Positions 9,464 through 18,568 of a DNA stretch of 64,000 nucleotides are shown in pieces. A model generated the notes under the pieces. The model saw only the letters and a list, made by a program, of their open reading frames with translations, was not told the origin of the DNA and did no database searches. Source of the DNA: Thermoprotei archaeon (lineage in GTDB: Archaea > Thermoproteota > Thermoprotei_A > Marsarchaeales > Marsarchaeaceae). Positions within the stretch are counted from its first letter, which is position 1. Every line of letters starts with the position of its first letter. Made by a program: the position numbers and the translations under genes. The stretch is taken from contig JAVZLA010000002.1 in assembly GCA_038883995.1 (NCBI GenBank), positions 5,261 to 69,260 on the forward strand. The letters are read 5' to 3'.

Positions 9464-9586
9464 ATTTGAGATGAGGAACCATATAATCCAGTACAGAAAA
9501 ATAGAAGTATGTGTTCAAAGTAGTTCTGATCTTAAGGTTACAGTACACCTCCGCGCTGTACCAGTGTTTGGAGTGGAAGTTCCGAC

Positions 9587-9859
9587 TTGGCTACGACAAG
9601 AGTTAGAGCCCTGATTTCAGGAAGAGTTCAGGGTGTCGGATTCAGATCTTGGACTAGGAAAAAGGCTCTTCAACTCGGCCTGAAAGGCTGGGTCAGAAAT
9701 CTCGCTGATGGAAGAGTAGAATGCGTGCTGGAGGGAGAAAACTTAACTGTAAAGAAAATGTTGGCGCTTTGCTGGAAAGGACCCATGGGCTCCAGAGTGG
9801 ATGATGTGGAAACACTCTTTGAGAGGCCCAAGGGCGAAGCATCTTTCCGCATACTTTAG
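9587..9859 (+). CDS. acyP: acylphosphatase
   Basis: ISGRVQGVGFRSWTRKKALQLGLKGWVRNLADGRVE is the acylphosphatase signature. 90 aa, TTG start. Confidence 0.9.
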   Translation: MATTRVRALISGRVQGVGFRSWTRKKALQLGLKGWVRNLADGRVECVLEGENLTVKKMLALCWKGPMGSRVDDVETLFERPKGEASFRIL

Positions 9860-9952
9860 CCTCCGTAGAACAAAATATGAAAAAAGCACTAAGGGTCGTC
9901 GGAAATGTAGTAGCCCTTAGCAGAGGCTGAAGGCGCCCGCCCCCAGTAGCTT

Positions 9953-10162
9953 TCATGCAGGCTGAGACTTGGACTGGTCGGCTGCAGGCTTCTTCGAGGA
10001 GCCGGTAAACGCTCCCAGGAAGGCGAGGACTAAGACGAGGAACCAGTCTGCTGCCGCAAACATATCATACACGTTGTCACGGTCAAACACCACGTTTACC
10101 ACGAGGCCGATAAAAGCCAGTACACCCGCTAATACTACTAGGGTTTTGTTCATTGCTGACAC
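9953..10162 (-). CDS. small two-TM membrane protein (hypothetical)
   Basis: 69 aa with two hydrophobic helices. An A/T-rich box lies about 25-35 nt upstream of the ATG. Confidence 0.4.
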   Translation of the reverse strand: MSAMNKTLVVLAGVLAFIGLVVNVVFDRDNVYDMFAAADWFLVLVLAFLGAFTGSSKKPAADQSKSQPA

Positions 10163-10356
10163 AGACTCTTATATGGGGAGATATTTTAGGCGCATGCGCT
10201 CTCAGCAATGCGTGCGCCAGGTCAATCTTACGCACCTCATACATCAGGCTTCGCCCGTTTCCGACGGATCGATTCGACTTGTATACCAGCTTAACAAGTA
10301 CGTGACCCAAACCAGCCTCAGACGGCTTCTATCCTGCTATGCTCTCACGCGCTTGT

Positions 10357-11694
10357 CTATGCCTTTGGATTTCGGTTGAAATCTACCCACACGCTCTTGA
10401 TATTAGTGAATTCCAAAAGACCATACCTGGAAAGCTCTCTTCCGAAACCGCTCCTTTTCACTCCTCCAAATGGGAGCCGGGGATCCGACGTTACCTTGTG
10501 GTTTATGTAAACCATTCCAGCCTCTATATACGGCACAAGCTCTTCAGCCGATTTCGGGTCACCCCAGATCGAGGCAGCTAGACCATATGGCGTGTCATTA
10601 GCGAGCCGGATAGCCTCCTCGTTGGTATCGAAAGGTCTCAGAATCGCCACCGGGCCAAACACCTCTTCTTCAAAGTTGTGCTCTGTCTGAACTATAGTGG
10701 GAGGCACAAAGTTGCCTTCCAGACCCGTAGCGGTTTCTTCCACTTTCCCCAGAGAACGCAGGCGGTTCACCTGTGAACGGACGGTTTGTGCCTGATTTCT
10801 GCTGGAAAGGGGGCCGAGATAGGTGGATGTCTTCAACGGATCACCTATAACCACTTTGGAGAAATTCTCTTTCATCAGGTTGTAAAAATCGTCGTACACT
10901 TTTCGGCTCACAAGAAATCGCTTGGCACTAATGCAAACCTGTCCAGCATTCTGCAGACGTGAATCTGTTGCTACCTTGGCCGCTTCCTCCAGGTTTGACC
11001 CGTCAACCACGATAAAGGGATCGCTTCCTCCAAGCTCGAGCACACATTTCTTAATCTGTTTTCCCGCTTCAGCGGCCACAACACTTCCTGTCTGAGCCGA
11101 ACCAGTGAACGAAACGGTGTCCACGAACTTTATTGCCGATAGCGCAGTTTCGCCTGTAGTGATGATTGAGCTAAACACATCCAAGTCGAATATTTCTTCC
11201 AGAAGACGGCTCGTCCCAGACACGGTTGAACTATGCTTCAAGAGGACCGAGTTGCCCGCGATCAGGGCAGGAACCGCTGCGCGCATGACCTGCCAGACAG
11301 GATAATTCCAAGGCTCTATCAGCATGGTCACACCCATCGGGTCGAATCTCACATAGCTTTTCGCTGCCTCGGTTTTTACTTCTTCCGGGTCCAGAAACCT
11401 GTGGGCGTTCTCGGACATTACGTCAATGAGCCAGATTGATTTCTTCACCTCTGACAGGCTCTGGGAAATAGGCTTACCCATTTCCTTGCTGACCATTTCT
11501 GCGAGGCGGAATGTATTCGACTCGAAGCGTTTCTTTACTTCTTTTAGCTCGTTCAGCCTGGCGTCCAAGTTAGTGCCCCATGTTTTTTGGGCTGATCTAA
11601 GGCGAAGAATCTTTGCTTCGATTTGACTCAAGTTTTCCTCTTCATATTCCCCGAGGACCTGTCCGGAATAAGGGTTAGCTGTCTTTATTGTCAC
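10357..11694 (-). CDS. NAD(P)+-dependent aldehyde dehydrogenase (succinate-semialdehyde dehydrogenase-like)
   Basis: ALDH motifs FTGSAQTG, ELGGSDPFIV, a catalytic Cys context GQVCISAKR, and PFGGVKRSGFGRE. Confidence 0.85.
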   Translation of the reverse strand: MTIKTANPYSGQVLGEYEEENLSQIEAKILRLRSAQKTWGTNLDARLNELKEVKKRFESNTFRLAEMVSKEMGKPISQSLSEVKKSIWLIDVMSENAHRFLDPEEVKTEAAKSYVRFDPMGVTMLIEPWNYPVWQVMRAAVPALIAGNSVLLKHSSTVSGTSRLLEEIFDLDVFSSIITTGETALSAIKFVDTVSFTGSAQTGSVVAAEAGKQIKKCVLELGGSDPFIVVDGSNLEEAAKVATDSRLQNAGQVCISAKRFLVSRKVYDDFYNLMKENFSKVVIGDPLKTSTYLGPLSSRNQAQTVRSQVNRLRSLGKVEETATGLEGNFVPPTIVQTEHNFEEEVFGPVAILRPFDTNEEAIRLANDTPYGLAASIWGDPKSAEELVPYIEAGMVYINHKVTSDPRLPFGGVKRSGFGRELSRYGLLEFTNIKSVWVDFNRNPKA

Positions 11695-11748
11695 ATAAAA
11701 GTTTACGCCGAACAGTAATAAAATAGTTACTCGTTACGGCTTTCAAAT

Positions 11749-12189
11749 TTATCCCACAGTAAGCTCTATCTTCCCTGAGGGAGTTAGTATGAATACGACT
11801 TTGCGCGTTAGCCTTCCCGATTTTGCGCACGGAGGCGACGACCTCATGATCATTCTAACCAGATCCAAGAGCGTTGTCCTCACACGTATGCCTGCTCTAT
11901 CTGCAGCCGAAAACACCATTGAAGGTATATCAGAGATCCTCTGCGGCGGTTCTATAGACACCTTTACGGGATGACCAAGTACCGCAGCTACCTCAAGCGT
12001 TTCCCTGGCCTTCTTTACAGTGCGCATCGCACGCGATTCAATCATAGAAACTGCTGCCCTGCTCAGGCCGAGTGATGCCGCCGTCTGAGCCTGGGTTAAT
12101 CCCTCAGCCCTAAGCTTTAGCACGCTTAACTGCAGAGAAGTCAGGAAACCTGTTTCAGCGCGACCTGACCTATCAACCATGTGCATCAA
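11749..12189 (-). CDS. tfx: Tfx-family DNA-binding transcriptional regulator
   Basis: N-terminal FLTSLQLSVLKLRAEGLTQAQTAASLGLSRAAVSMIESRA (LuxR/sigma-70 r4-like HTH) plus a Tfx C-terminal domain. The first ATG is at 12186. It is divergent from wtpA. Confidence 0.75.
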   Translation of the reverse strand: MMHMVDRSGRAETGFLTSLQLSVLKLRAEGLTQAQTAASLGLSRAAVSMIESRAMRTVKKARETLEVAAVLGHPVKVSIEPPQRISDIPSMVFSAADRAGIRVRTTLLDLVRMIMRSSPPCAKSGRLTRKVVFILTPSGKIELTVG

Positions 12190-12210
12190 CGCATATGCAT
12201 TGCATCATAC

Positions 12211-12218
12211 TTATAAAG
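12211..12218. promoter_or_regulatory. shared, near-symmetric TATA box (TTATAAAG) between divergent tfx and wtpA
   Basis: The box lies 22 nt before the wtpA ATG (12240) and 25 nt before the tfx ATG (12186) within a 53-nt intergenic region. Confidence 0.4.
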
Positions 12219-12239
12219 CAACACGTATCCTCATAGAGT

Positions 12240-13268
12240 ATGCCAAGGTATGTAGCGCTCATCCTCGTTGCAATCATCATACTCGGAGTTGGCGTAGCGG
12301 TCTACGCTGGGACAAAAAATAAGTCTGAAACCCCCCCTTTACTTGTAGACACAGCGGACGCATATACCGCTGAGGTTTCAGATTTAATCTCCCTTTATCA
12401 CAACAGTACCGGTGAACCTGTCGCCCCGCCAAAAGGGGGAGGCTCCTTTACGTTAGCCCGGGAGATAGCCCAAGGCGAGCCCTCCGACGTCTTCTTCTCC
12501 GTGGCTTTGTCCGCGTATACCGGGAGTTACCTTGACAAGTACTCACCCGGCTGGGCCATCGCGGTCGCCGCAGACCAAATGGTGCTCGCCTACTCCAATT
12601 CAACGCTGTCTGACACCCAGGCATCCGCACTGATATCCTCTTTCAAAGAGGCGTACGACGAGAACTCTTCGTCCATGTTCAACCAGTCGTTCACAAAACT
12701 TACCTCAGGAGCATTCAAAGTGGGTATTTCTGACCCTAACAGCGACCCCGCGGGCTTCCGAGCCTGGCTTGTGCTTGAAATGGCTTCCACGCTTTATGCG
12801 CACAGAGGAGACGGATTCTTCGGAAACAGACTGACATCAGTTTCCTCCAATGTCACAGCGTCAAACGCCGCCCTGCTTGTAGCCCCTCTTGAAGACGGCC
12901 AGATCCAATTCCTGTTCACTTACAGGTCTTCCGCCATAGCGAAACACCTTGGATACCTTATGTTACCTTCTCAGATCAACTTGGGCTCCTCAAACGAGGC
13001 AGAATTTTATTCGAAATTCAGCTACAAGCTGGCCACGGGAAACGTCACAGGCTCACCCATTTACTTGTACGTGTCGATCCCGTTGAACGCGCCCAACCAA
13101 AACCAAGGCCTGAAGTTCGTCCAATTCTGCGTTAACCATGTTTCAGTGCTGGAGACTTTTGGTCTTCAACCGCTGGAACCAGCTCTCCTCTATAACTCAA
13201 CGACTCTTCCTTCCCAGCTAGCTTCCCTGCTTTTATCTGGTGAGATCACCTATTCGGGTCCTATTTGA
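12240..13268 (+). CDS. wtpA: tungstate/molybdate ABC transporter substrate-binding protein (WtpA-like)
   Basis: N-terminal membrane anchor, then GGGSFTLAREIAQGEPSDVFFSV...WAIAVAADQMVLAY and SDPNSDPAGFRA, resembling WtpA/ModA class periplasmic binding proteins. Confidence 0.7.
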   Translation: MPRYVALILVAIIILGVGVAVYAGTKNKSETPPLLVDTADAYTAEVSDLISLYHNSTGEPVAPPKGGGSFTLAREIAQGEPSDVFFSVALSAYTGSYLDKYSPGWAIAVAADQMVLAYSNSTLSDTQASALISSFKEAYDENSSSMFNQSFTKLTSGAFKVGISDPNSDPAGFRAWLVLEMASTLYAHRGDGFFGNRLTSVSSNVTASNAALLVAPLEDGQIQFLFTYRSSAIAKHLGYLMLPSQINLGSSNEAEFYSKFSYKLATGNVTGSPIYLYVSIPLNAPNQNQGLKFVQFCVNHVSVLETFGLQPLEPALLYNSTTLPSQLASLLLSGEITYSGPI

Positions 13269-13287
13269 ACAGAGGCTGATGTGACCT

Positions 13288-14061
13288 ATGGCACGAAGCC
13301 ACAGAGATAAATTGTGGGTGGCATCAGCGGCGGGTTCAGTCCTGATTGCGTTCCCTGTTGTGTTCGTTGTCTTCCTAGGTTTGGGGATTTACAGGTCTGC
13401 CCTCGGTTTTGGGCTTACTGTTTTTGATTCGATAGGACTTTCACTTGTCAGCGCTTCGGTAGCGTGCCTAGTCGACGTCGCTTTGTTCACGCCGCTCGCA
13501 TACGAGCTCTCCAGAAAGAGAAACAAAATTATGGAGTCGTTTACAGATATTCCCGCCTCAATACCTCACCCCATTGTAGGTATTGCCCTCCTCGCCTTGG
13601 ATAGTCCGGTAACTCCGGTGGGAAGGTTCCTGCTCTCATTGGGTATCAACTTCTTCGACACATTTCTCGGGCTGGTTACAGCACTGACAATTGTTTCCGC
13701 GCCAATCTACATAAGGTCGATACAATCCCACCTTTCAGCGAAAACCGTTGAACCAGAATGGTTCGCTTCCGGAATGGGTGCTTCCCGCCTCAGGATTCTC
13801 ATGTCAGTGGTTCTGCCTTCGAGTCTAAAAGAACTCGTCTCCTCTGCGCTTACTTCTATGAGCAGAGCGCTGAGTGAGTTTGGATCCATAGCTATTGTGG
13901 CATACTATGTCCTTCAAGCACCGTTCAAAGGCGTTGAGCCGGCTTCAGTGCTTGTGTACCAGTATTACGGTTACTACGGACCCCAAGTAGCGTTCACTGC
14001 CGCTGCAACAATGATACTGTTGTCGCTTCCAGTTATGCTGGTGGCTAGGCTCCTAGGATAG
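13288..14061 (+). CDS. wtpB: ABC transporter permease (WtpB/ModB-like)
   Basis: Six hydrophobic segments and an EAA-like loop (ASGMGASRLRILMSVVLPS). It sits immediately downstream of wtpA. Confidence 0.7.
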   Translation: MARSHRDKLWVASAAGSVLIAFPVVFVVFLGLGIYRSALGFGLTVFDSIGLSLVSASVACLVDVALFTPLAYELSRKRNKIMESFTDIPASIPHPIVGIALLALDSPVTPVGRFLLSLGINFFDTFLGLVTALTIVSAPIYIRSIQSHLSAKTVEPEWFASGMGASRLRILMSVVLPSSLKELVSSALTSMSRALSEFGSIAIVAYYVLQAPFKGVEPASVLVYQYYGYYGPQVAFTAAATMILLSLPVMLVARLLG

Positions 14062-14079
14062 TTCATGTCAGCCCGTTCG

Positions 14080-14742
14080 CTATATTCTTCCAGGTTTAAC
14101 AACGCCGTGATCGGCGGTGAAATATGCGTCGCAAAGCGGTAAAAGTTGCGTATCCTGAGAAACAAGCACCACATCTATTCGTTTTTCGGCGGCATACTCC
14201 TTTAGCGAGGCAGTGAAACCTTGAGGGTTGCTTATATTCGAAACAGCCTCATCGATGAGTACGGCTTCGGGCTCAGCCAGCATAGCTGTGGCTATCGCTA
14301 TTCTTTCCCTTTCTCCCAAGCTTTTCTCACCCACTTTACCCGTAACTTTTACTCCAAAAATTTCTTTAGCCCTGTTAACCAGTTGATCTGATGTGTCTTT
14401 CACACCGTTCAGACGCAGTCCCCATTTAAGATGGGACTCAACATCCATGTGCGCGAAGAAGGTGTTCTGGTCGATATACACTGTTCTACGACGGTTCGCC
14501 GGTTCATGTGTGATATCCCTCCCGTTCACTATTATTTGACCGCGGTCCACTTCCTCTATTCCCGCTATGCATCTCAGAAATGTGGTCTTCCCCGAACCGT
14601 TGGGCCCTGTCACCAGCAGCAGCCCTGACCCGCTCACCGAGCTGCTGAGGATGAAATTTCCCCGAGTCTTCTCGAAATCTGCCACTATCAAGGAGACCAT
14701 CTTACCTGTCGCGGGATTCTGGTCTAGGATTCGTGGATCCAC
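14080..14742 (-). CDS. ABC transporter ATP-binding protein, short and divergent (putative WtpC-like, no TOBE domain)
   Basis: Walker A GPNGSGKTT and Walker B AVLIDEA are present. The signature is degenerate (KSLGERER) and the H-loop position reads VSQD. An alternative start is M15 at 14700. Confidence 0.65.
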   Translation of the reverse strand: MDPRILDQNPATGKMVSLIVADFEKTRGNFILSSSVSGSGLLLVTGPNGSGKTTFLRCIAGIEEVDRGQIIVNGRDITHEPANRRRTVYIDQNTFFAHMDVESHLKWGLRLNGVKDTSDQLVNRAKEIFGVKVTGKVGEKSLGERERIAIATAMLAEPEAVLIDEAVSNISNPQGFTASLKEYAAEKRIDVVLVSQDTQLLPLCDAYFTADHGVVKPGRI

Positions 14743-15239
14743 TTCGAGGTTCCATCTTCATACACCTCTTTCTTCCAGATAGGAGGCTCGCTTTTGTAGC
14801 GGTCGACGGCTTCCTTAATGGCATCATACGCTTCGTAACGGCTTTTCGAGGCCACGGCAATAACGACAAGCGGCTCTCCAGGAAAGAATTCACCTACCAT
14901 GTGGTAAATGTGAACGCTATTCAGATGATATTTGCGGACCAATTCAGCGCATATGAGGTTGATCGCGTCCGTGGCCGCGTTATCATAAGCCTCCATTACA
15001 ACTGAATGAACCGGCTTACCTTCTATGGAAACAGCTTTAACCGTTCCAACAAACGTAACAACGGCTCCAGCTTCCCCGTTCTGCTCCGTAAGCGACGATA
15101 GGAGAGAGCCCATGTCAAGCACACCCTTCGCATAGACTCCGGACGGAGGGGGCCGATGTTGACCTGTTCTTCCCGAACCGGTTAACGACCCGTGGCTCGC
15201 GGTGTTTGACGTCTCAGTTTGACTTGGGTTGTGAACCAT
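14724..15239 (-). CDS. moaE: molybdopterin synthase catalytic subunit MoaE
   Basis: GAVVTFVGTVKA...GEPLVVIAVASKSRYEAYDAIKEAVDRYKSEPPIWKKE matches MoaE. It has a low-complexity N-terminal extension of about 35 aa. Confidence 0.8.
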   Translation of the reverse strand: MVHNPSQTETSNTASHGSLTGSGRTGQHRPPPSGVYAKGVLDMGSLLSSLTEQNGEAGAVVTFVGTVKAVSIEGKPVHSVVMEAYDNAATDAINLICAELVRKYHLNSVHIYHMVGEFFPGEPLVVIAVASKSRYEAYDAIKEAVDRYKSEPPIWKKEVYEDGTSKWIHES

Positions 15240-15678
15240 CTGTCTCCAGCTTCTGCTTTATGCATGCAAACAACTCTTTGAGCACTTTTTCGGCTGTTCC
15301 GTTCACGAACCTGGAGCCGAGGCCTGCAAGAGGACCCCCTATCGTCACATTGGAAGAATATGAGAGTATGGTTGACTGACCTTCAGGCCGAAGTGTGACC
15401 AAGGCTTCAGCGCTGAGGTTCGAGCCTCCTCCCTGACCGGTTATTCGTAGCCGCGCTTTCTCCGGAGGAGACTTCTCTACTGTGGAAACCGTGACCTTGT
15501 AGTTGTTTTTGATAAACCCCACAGCAACCGTGACATCTGCCTTAAACGTGTCTTGGTCAACCGGCTGAATGTTTTTTGCGCCAGGTATGCATTCACCGAC
15601 CTTCAGCGGATCGGACAACAGCTCCCATACCCGGTCCTGTGTGGCGGAAATCTTTTCTTCTCCCTTTAGCTCGGGCAT
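15214..15678 (-). CDS. coxG: CoxG/SRPBCC-family protein (carbon monoxide dehydrogenase subunit G-like)
   Basis: MPELKGEEKISATQDRVWELLSDPLKVGECIPG is a typical CoxG N-terminus. I chose M19 (15678) rather than the track start at 15732. Confidence 0.7.
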   Translation of the reverse strand: MPELKGEEKISATQDRVWELLSDPLKVGECIPGAKNIQPVDQDTFKADVTVAVGFIKNNYKVTVSTVEKSPPEKARLRITGQGGGSNLSAEALVTLRPEGQSTILSYSSNVTIGGPLAGLGSRFVNGTAEKVLKELFACIKQKLETDGSQPKSN

Positions 15679-15808
15679 ACACTTGAAATACGGAAAGCAG
15701 CCATATAAACGCAAGCCTGACTGATTGTCCACTGGAGCCGCAAATCAGAACAAGGGAGGCCACAGTTTTACATATTCGGTTGATTAGGAGCGTGTTCCAT
15801 CGATTCGG

Positions 15809-16537
15809 TTACACGGTGGCCGAGCGCTGGGTTCGCGCAGAACCTCGTTTCGTGCGCTTCTCACTGGTACCGGCATGGGTCTTCGAGTTCAGTTGTCTAC
15901 GACGCGCAGTCTTTCCTTCCCACACACAGTAGTCATAGACGGGGCAAATATTGCACTTTGGAACATGCTTCAGACACACTTTCTGGCCGAATGCCACGAA
16001 CAAATCGTTAAGATCCGCCAGCGTCCCCGGTGCGGCGACCTGCTGGAGCTTTTCCTGGATTTCATCATACTTTGCGTCGGGTGGAGCTACTCCGAGCCGC
16101 TTGGCCACTACTTCAACATGCGTGTCTACAGCCACAGTGTCTAAGCCGAAGCCGAAGCTCAGAACTATGTCAGCACACTTGGGACCTATCCCCGGGACCT
16201 TTAGTAATTCGACCCTGCCAGAAGGAACTTTCCCACCGTACTCATGTAAAATCCAAGTAGCGGCCTCTTTAACCCGCTTAGCCTTCGTTTTATAGAAGTT
16301 CACGGGCTTTATGAGGGCCGCAATCTGTTCGATGTCGGCGGCAGAAAGCTCTTCCACTGTGGGATAGACTGCAAACAGCGCACCGTAGGCTTTGTCCGTG
16401 AACTCGTCGCGGGTGCGCGTTGACAGGATGCAGCCTATGAGGACCCTGAAAGGGTCTTCGGAAACGTGGTCAGGAAGCTTCCTACCAAACTGTGGCAGAA
16501 GCTTCGTCACAATTTCCTGAAAGCGGCGCTTATTCAC
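15809..16537 (-). CDS. nth: endonuclease III (DNA glycosylase/AP lyase)
   Basis: HhH-GPD motif LLKVPGIGPKCADIVL and the C-terminal 4Fe-4S loop CLKHVPKCNICPVYDYC. Confidence 0.9.
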   Translation of the reverse strand: MNKRRFQEIVTKLLPQFGRKLPDHVSEDPFRVLIGCILSTRTRDEFTDKAYGALFAVYPTVEELSAADIEQIAALIKPVNFYKTKAKRVKEAATWILHEYGGKVPSGRVELLKVPGIGPKCADIVLSFGFGLDTVAVDTHVEVVAKRLGVAPPDAKYDEIQEKLQQVAAPGTLADLNDLFVAFGQKVCLKHVPKCNICPVYDYCVWEGKTARRRQLNSKTHAGTSEKRTKRGSARTQRSATV

Positions 16538-16623
16538 ACCAGACGTGTTTCACGAGCATGTAAAAGCGTGTCGAATAATCCTTCGATAGGATTAAATTAG
16601 TCTACTCTGCCTTCTTCAAAGAC

Positions 16624-17262
16624 TTGGCGAAAGTTTGTCCATCCTGTGGTGCCAAAAACGACGATAATGCGATCGCGTGCTCTTCTTGCGGTTCAATCCT
16701 AGTTGACGACGATTCTTCAAGCGGTTTCTCGAAGCCATCATGGGGCACAGAGAGTGTCACCCAACCTTCATCCACATCTTATACTGTATCCTCAAGCACT
16801 GCGTCTACATTAGGAGCGCCGATGGTTTCCATTAAGGCTCCGCTTATCCAGTCCAGCAGTTTGGTTTCCCTAGTGTTCCTGGCCTTTTTGTTCCTGGCGT
16901 ATTTGCAGAGTCTGATTACGGTTATCGCGATCGTCGTAATATTGGCGATAGAGCTATTGCTTTCCATGTACACCAGGAAGATTTACGCATTCTATGATAG
17001 CAACGTCAAGGTTGTCGGAAGACGTGGCACCCGCACCATAGACTACGCCGACATCTACTATGTTAGGTTACTTAGGGGCCGAATTATAATGGCTTTGAAA
17101 AACGCTCGACCACTCGTGGTTCCTAAGAACCCTCGAATAGGCCAGTCCGACCTATACTCCTGGCTCCAGAGCAAAGTGTCTATGAATAAGGCTGAAGGAA
17201 ATGAAACAAAGCCAGAAGGTGGAGAAGACACGGAATCCAGCTCAGACCAAGATACCCTGTAG
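16624..17262 (+). CDS. zinc-ribbon membrane protein (hypothetical)
   Basis: N-terminal CPSCGAKN...CSSCGS zinc ribbon, a Ser-rich linker, two TM helices, and a C-terminal PH-like soluble domain. Confidence 0.5.
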   Translation: MAKVCPSCGAKNDDNAIACSSCGSILVDDDSSSGFSKPSWGTESVTQPSSTSYTVSSSTASTLGAPMVSIKAPLIQSSSLVSLVFLAFLFLAYLQSLITVIAIVVILAIELLLSMYTRKIYAFYDSNVKVVGRRGTRTIDYADIYYVRLLRGRIIMALKNARPLVVPKNPRIGQSDLYSWLQSKVSMNKAEGNETKPEGGEDTESSSDQDTL

Positions 17263-17418
17263 TATTTTCACTCAACTCCAGTGAGACGATAAGGTATAGG
17301 CCTCCCGTTAGAAAACATCGCACACACCTGAGTAATTTACTGTCTGGAAAAGGCGAAACCGCGGATACTGGCCCGATAGAAGCGAACCGATTTAAGCAAC
17401 TTATGCTCAAGGTGAGCT

Positions 17419-18540
17419 ATGCAATGCGTCAAAGCATCACTCTTGTATGACGGAACATCGGTTCAAAAGGACGTATACGTCAGTTTCGACGACAAAATCA
17501 GAAACATTTCAAAACAAAAGCCCGCTTTGGACGTTATAGCAGAAGGAGTTGTTACGCCGGGTTTTGTGGACGCTCACAGTCACATAGGCATGGCACGGTA
17601 CGGTGAGCCGTCCAGGGAAGACGAAGCCAACGAGCAGATGGATGCGCTGCTGCCCTTGGTCAATGCTCTTCACAGCGTGTACATGGACGACCGAGGATTC
17701 CGTGAGTCGGTTGAAAACGGTGTTCTGTATTCAACAGTGCTTCCGGGCAGCGGGAACATAGTGGGTGGTAAGGCGGTGCTATTGCGTAACTGGGTGAACA
17801 ACGTGTCCGAAGCATACGTTCAGGATATAGGCATCAAAGCAGCTCTGGGATATAATCCCCGAAGCACCGTAGAATGGAAAGGGAAGAGACCGAGTACAAG
17901 AATGGGGGCGGTTGCGCTTTTACGTGAAAATCTCATAAAGGCCCAGAAGACGCAGGCACTTTTGAAGCGCAGAAAGAAGCTCGCCGAAGAAATAGAGCCT
18001 ATGACCGAGGTTTTCATCGATGTTCTGTCGGGCAAAACCAAGCTCATGGTTCACCTACACAAGGAAGACGACGCCATGATCCTGATCCAGCTGGTCAAGG
18101 AATTTGGTTTTAAAGCTGTCCTGAATCACGGCCTCGACATATACAGGGCCGACGTCTTTGCAACCGTGAAGAAGGCTGGCATACCTGTGGTTTACGGCCC
18201 GATGGATGCTTTCCCCTACAAAGTCGAGTTAAAACATGAAAGCTGGCGTAACGCGGAGGCGCTTTTGCAGTCTGGGGCAAAATTCTGCATGATGAGCGAC
18301 CACCCTGTTATACTTCAGCGTAATATGTTCTATACTCTCAGACATTTTCTGCGATTCGGGCTAAGTAAACCCGACGCCGTTTCCAAGGTAACTAGGGAGG
18401 CTGCTGAAATAATCGGCGCGGAAGGCATTGGTCAGATAAGGCCCGGGTACAAAGCGTCTTTCAGCGTGTGGAACGGAGACCCATTTGACCTTGCGTCATA
18501 CCCTGTGTGCGTGGTCGCAGAAGGCAAACAGGTGGTTTAG
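17419..18540 (+). CDS. metal-dependent amidohydrolase family protein
   Basis: GFVDAHSHIGM (HxH metal motif) and a later HLHKEDD; typical amidohydrolase length. Confidence 0.75.
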   Translation: MQCVKASLLYDGTSVQKDVYVSFDDKIRNISKQKPALDVIAEGVVTPGFVDAHSHIGMARYGEPSREDEANEQMDALLPLVNALHSVYMDDRGFRESVENGVLYSTVLPGSGNIVGGKAVLLRNWVNNVSEAYVQDIGIKAALGYNPRSTVEWKGKRPSTRMGAVALLRENLIKAQKTQALLKRRKKLAEEIEPMTEVFIDVLSGKTKLMVHLHKEDDAMILIQLVKEFGFKAVLNHGLDIYRADVFATVKKAGIPVVYGPMDAFPYKVELKHESWRNAEALLQSGAKFCMMSDHPVILQRNMFYTLRHFLRFGLSKPDAVSKVTREAAEIIGAEGIGQIRPGYKASFSVWNGDPFDLASYPVCVVAEGKQVV

Positions 18541-18568
18541 CCTTCTCTCCCCGTTTTTGAAGCACGGA

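Noticed and set aside
10083-10310. 75-aa minus-strand ORF between the aldehyde dehydrogenase and the small membrane protein.
   Set aside because: It overlaps the promoter and start of 9953..10162 in another frame. It has low-complexity composition and no motif. More likely this is an intergenic regulatory region containing the GCGCATGCGC palindrome.
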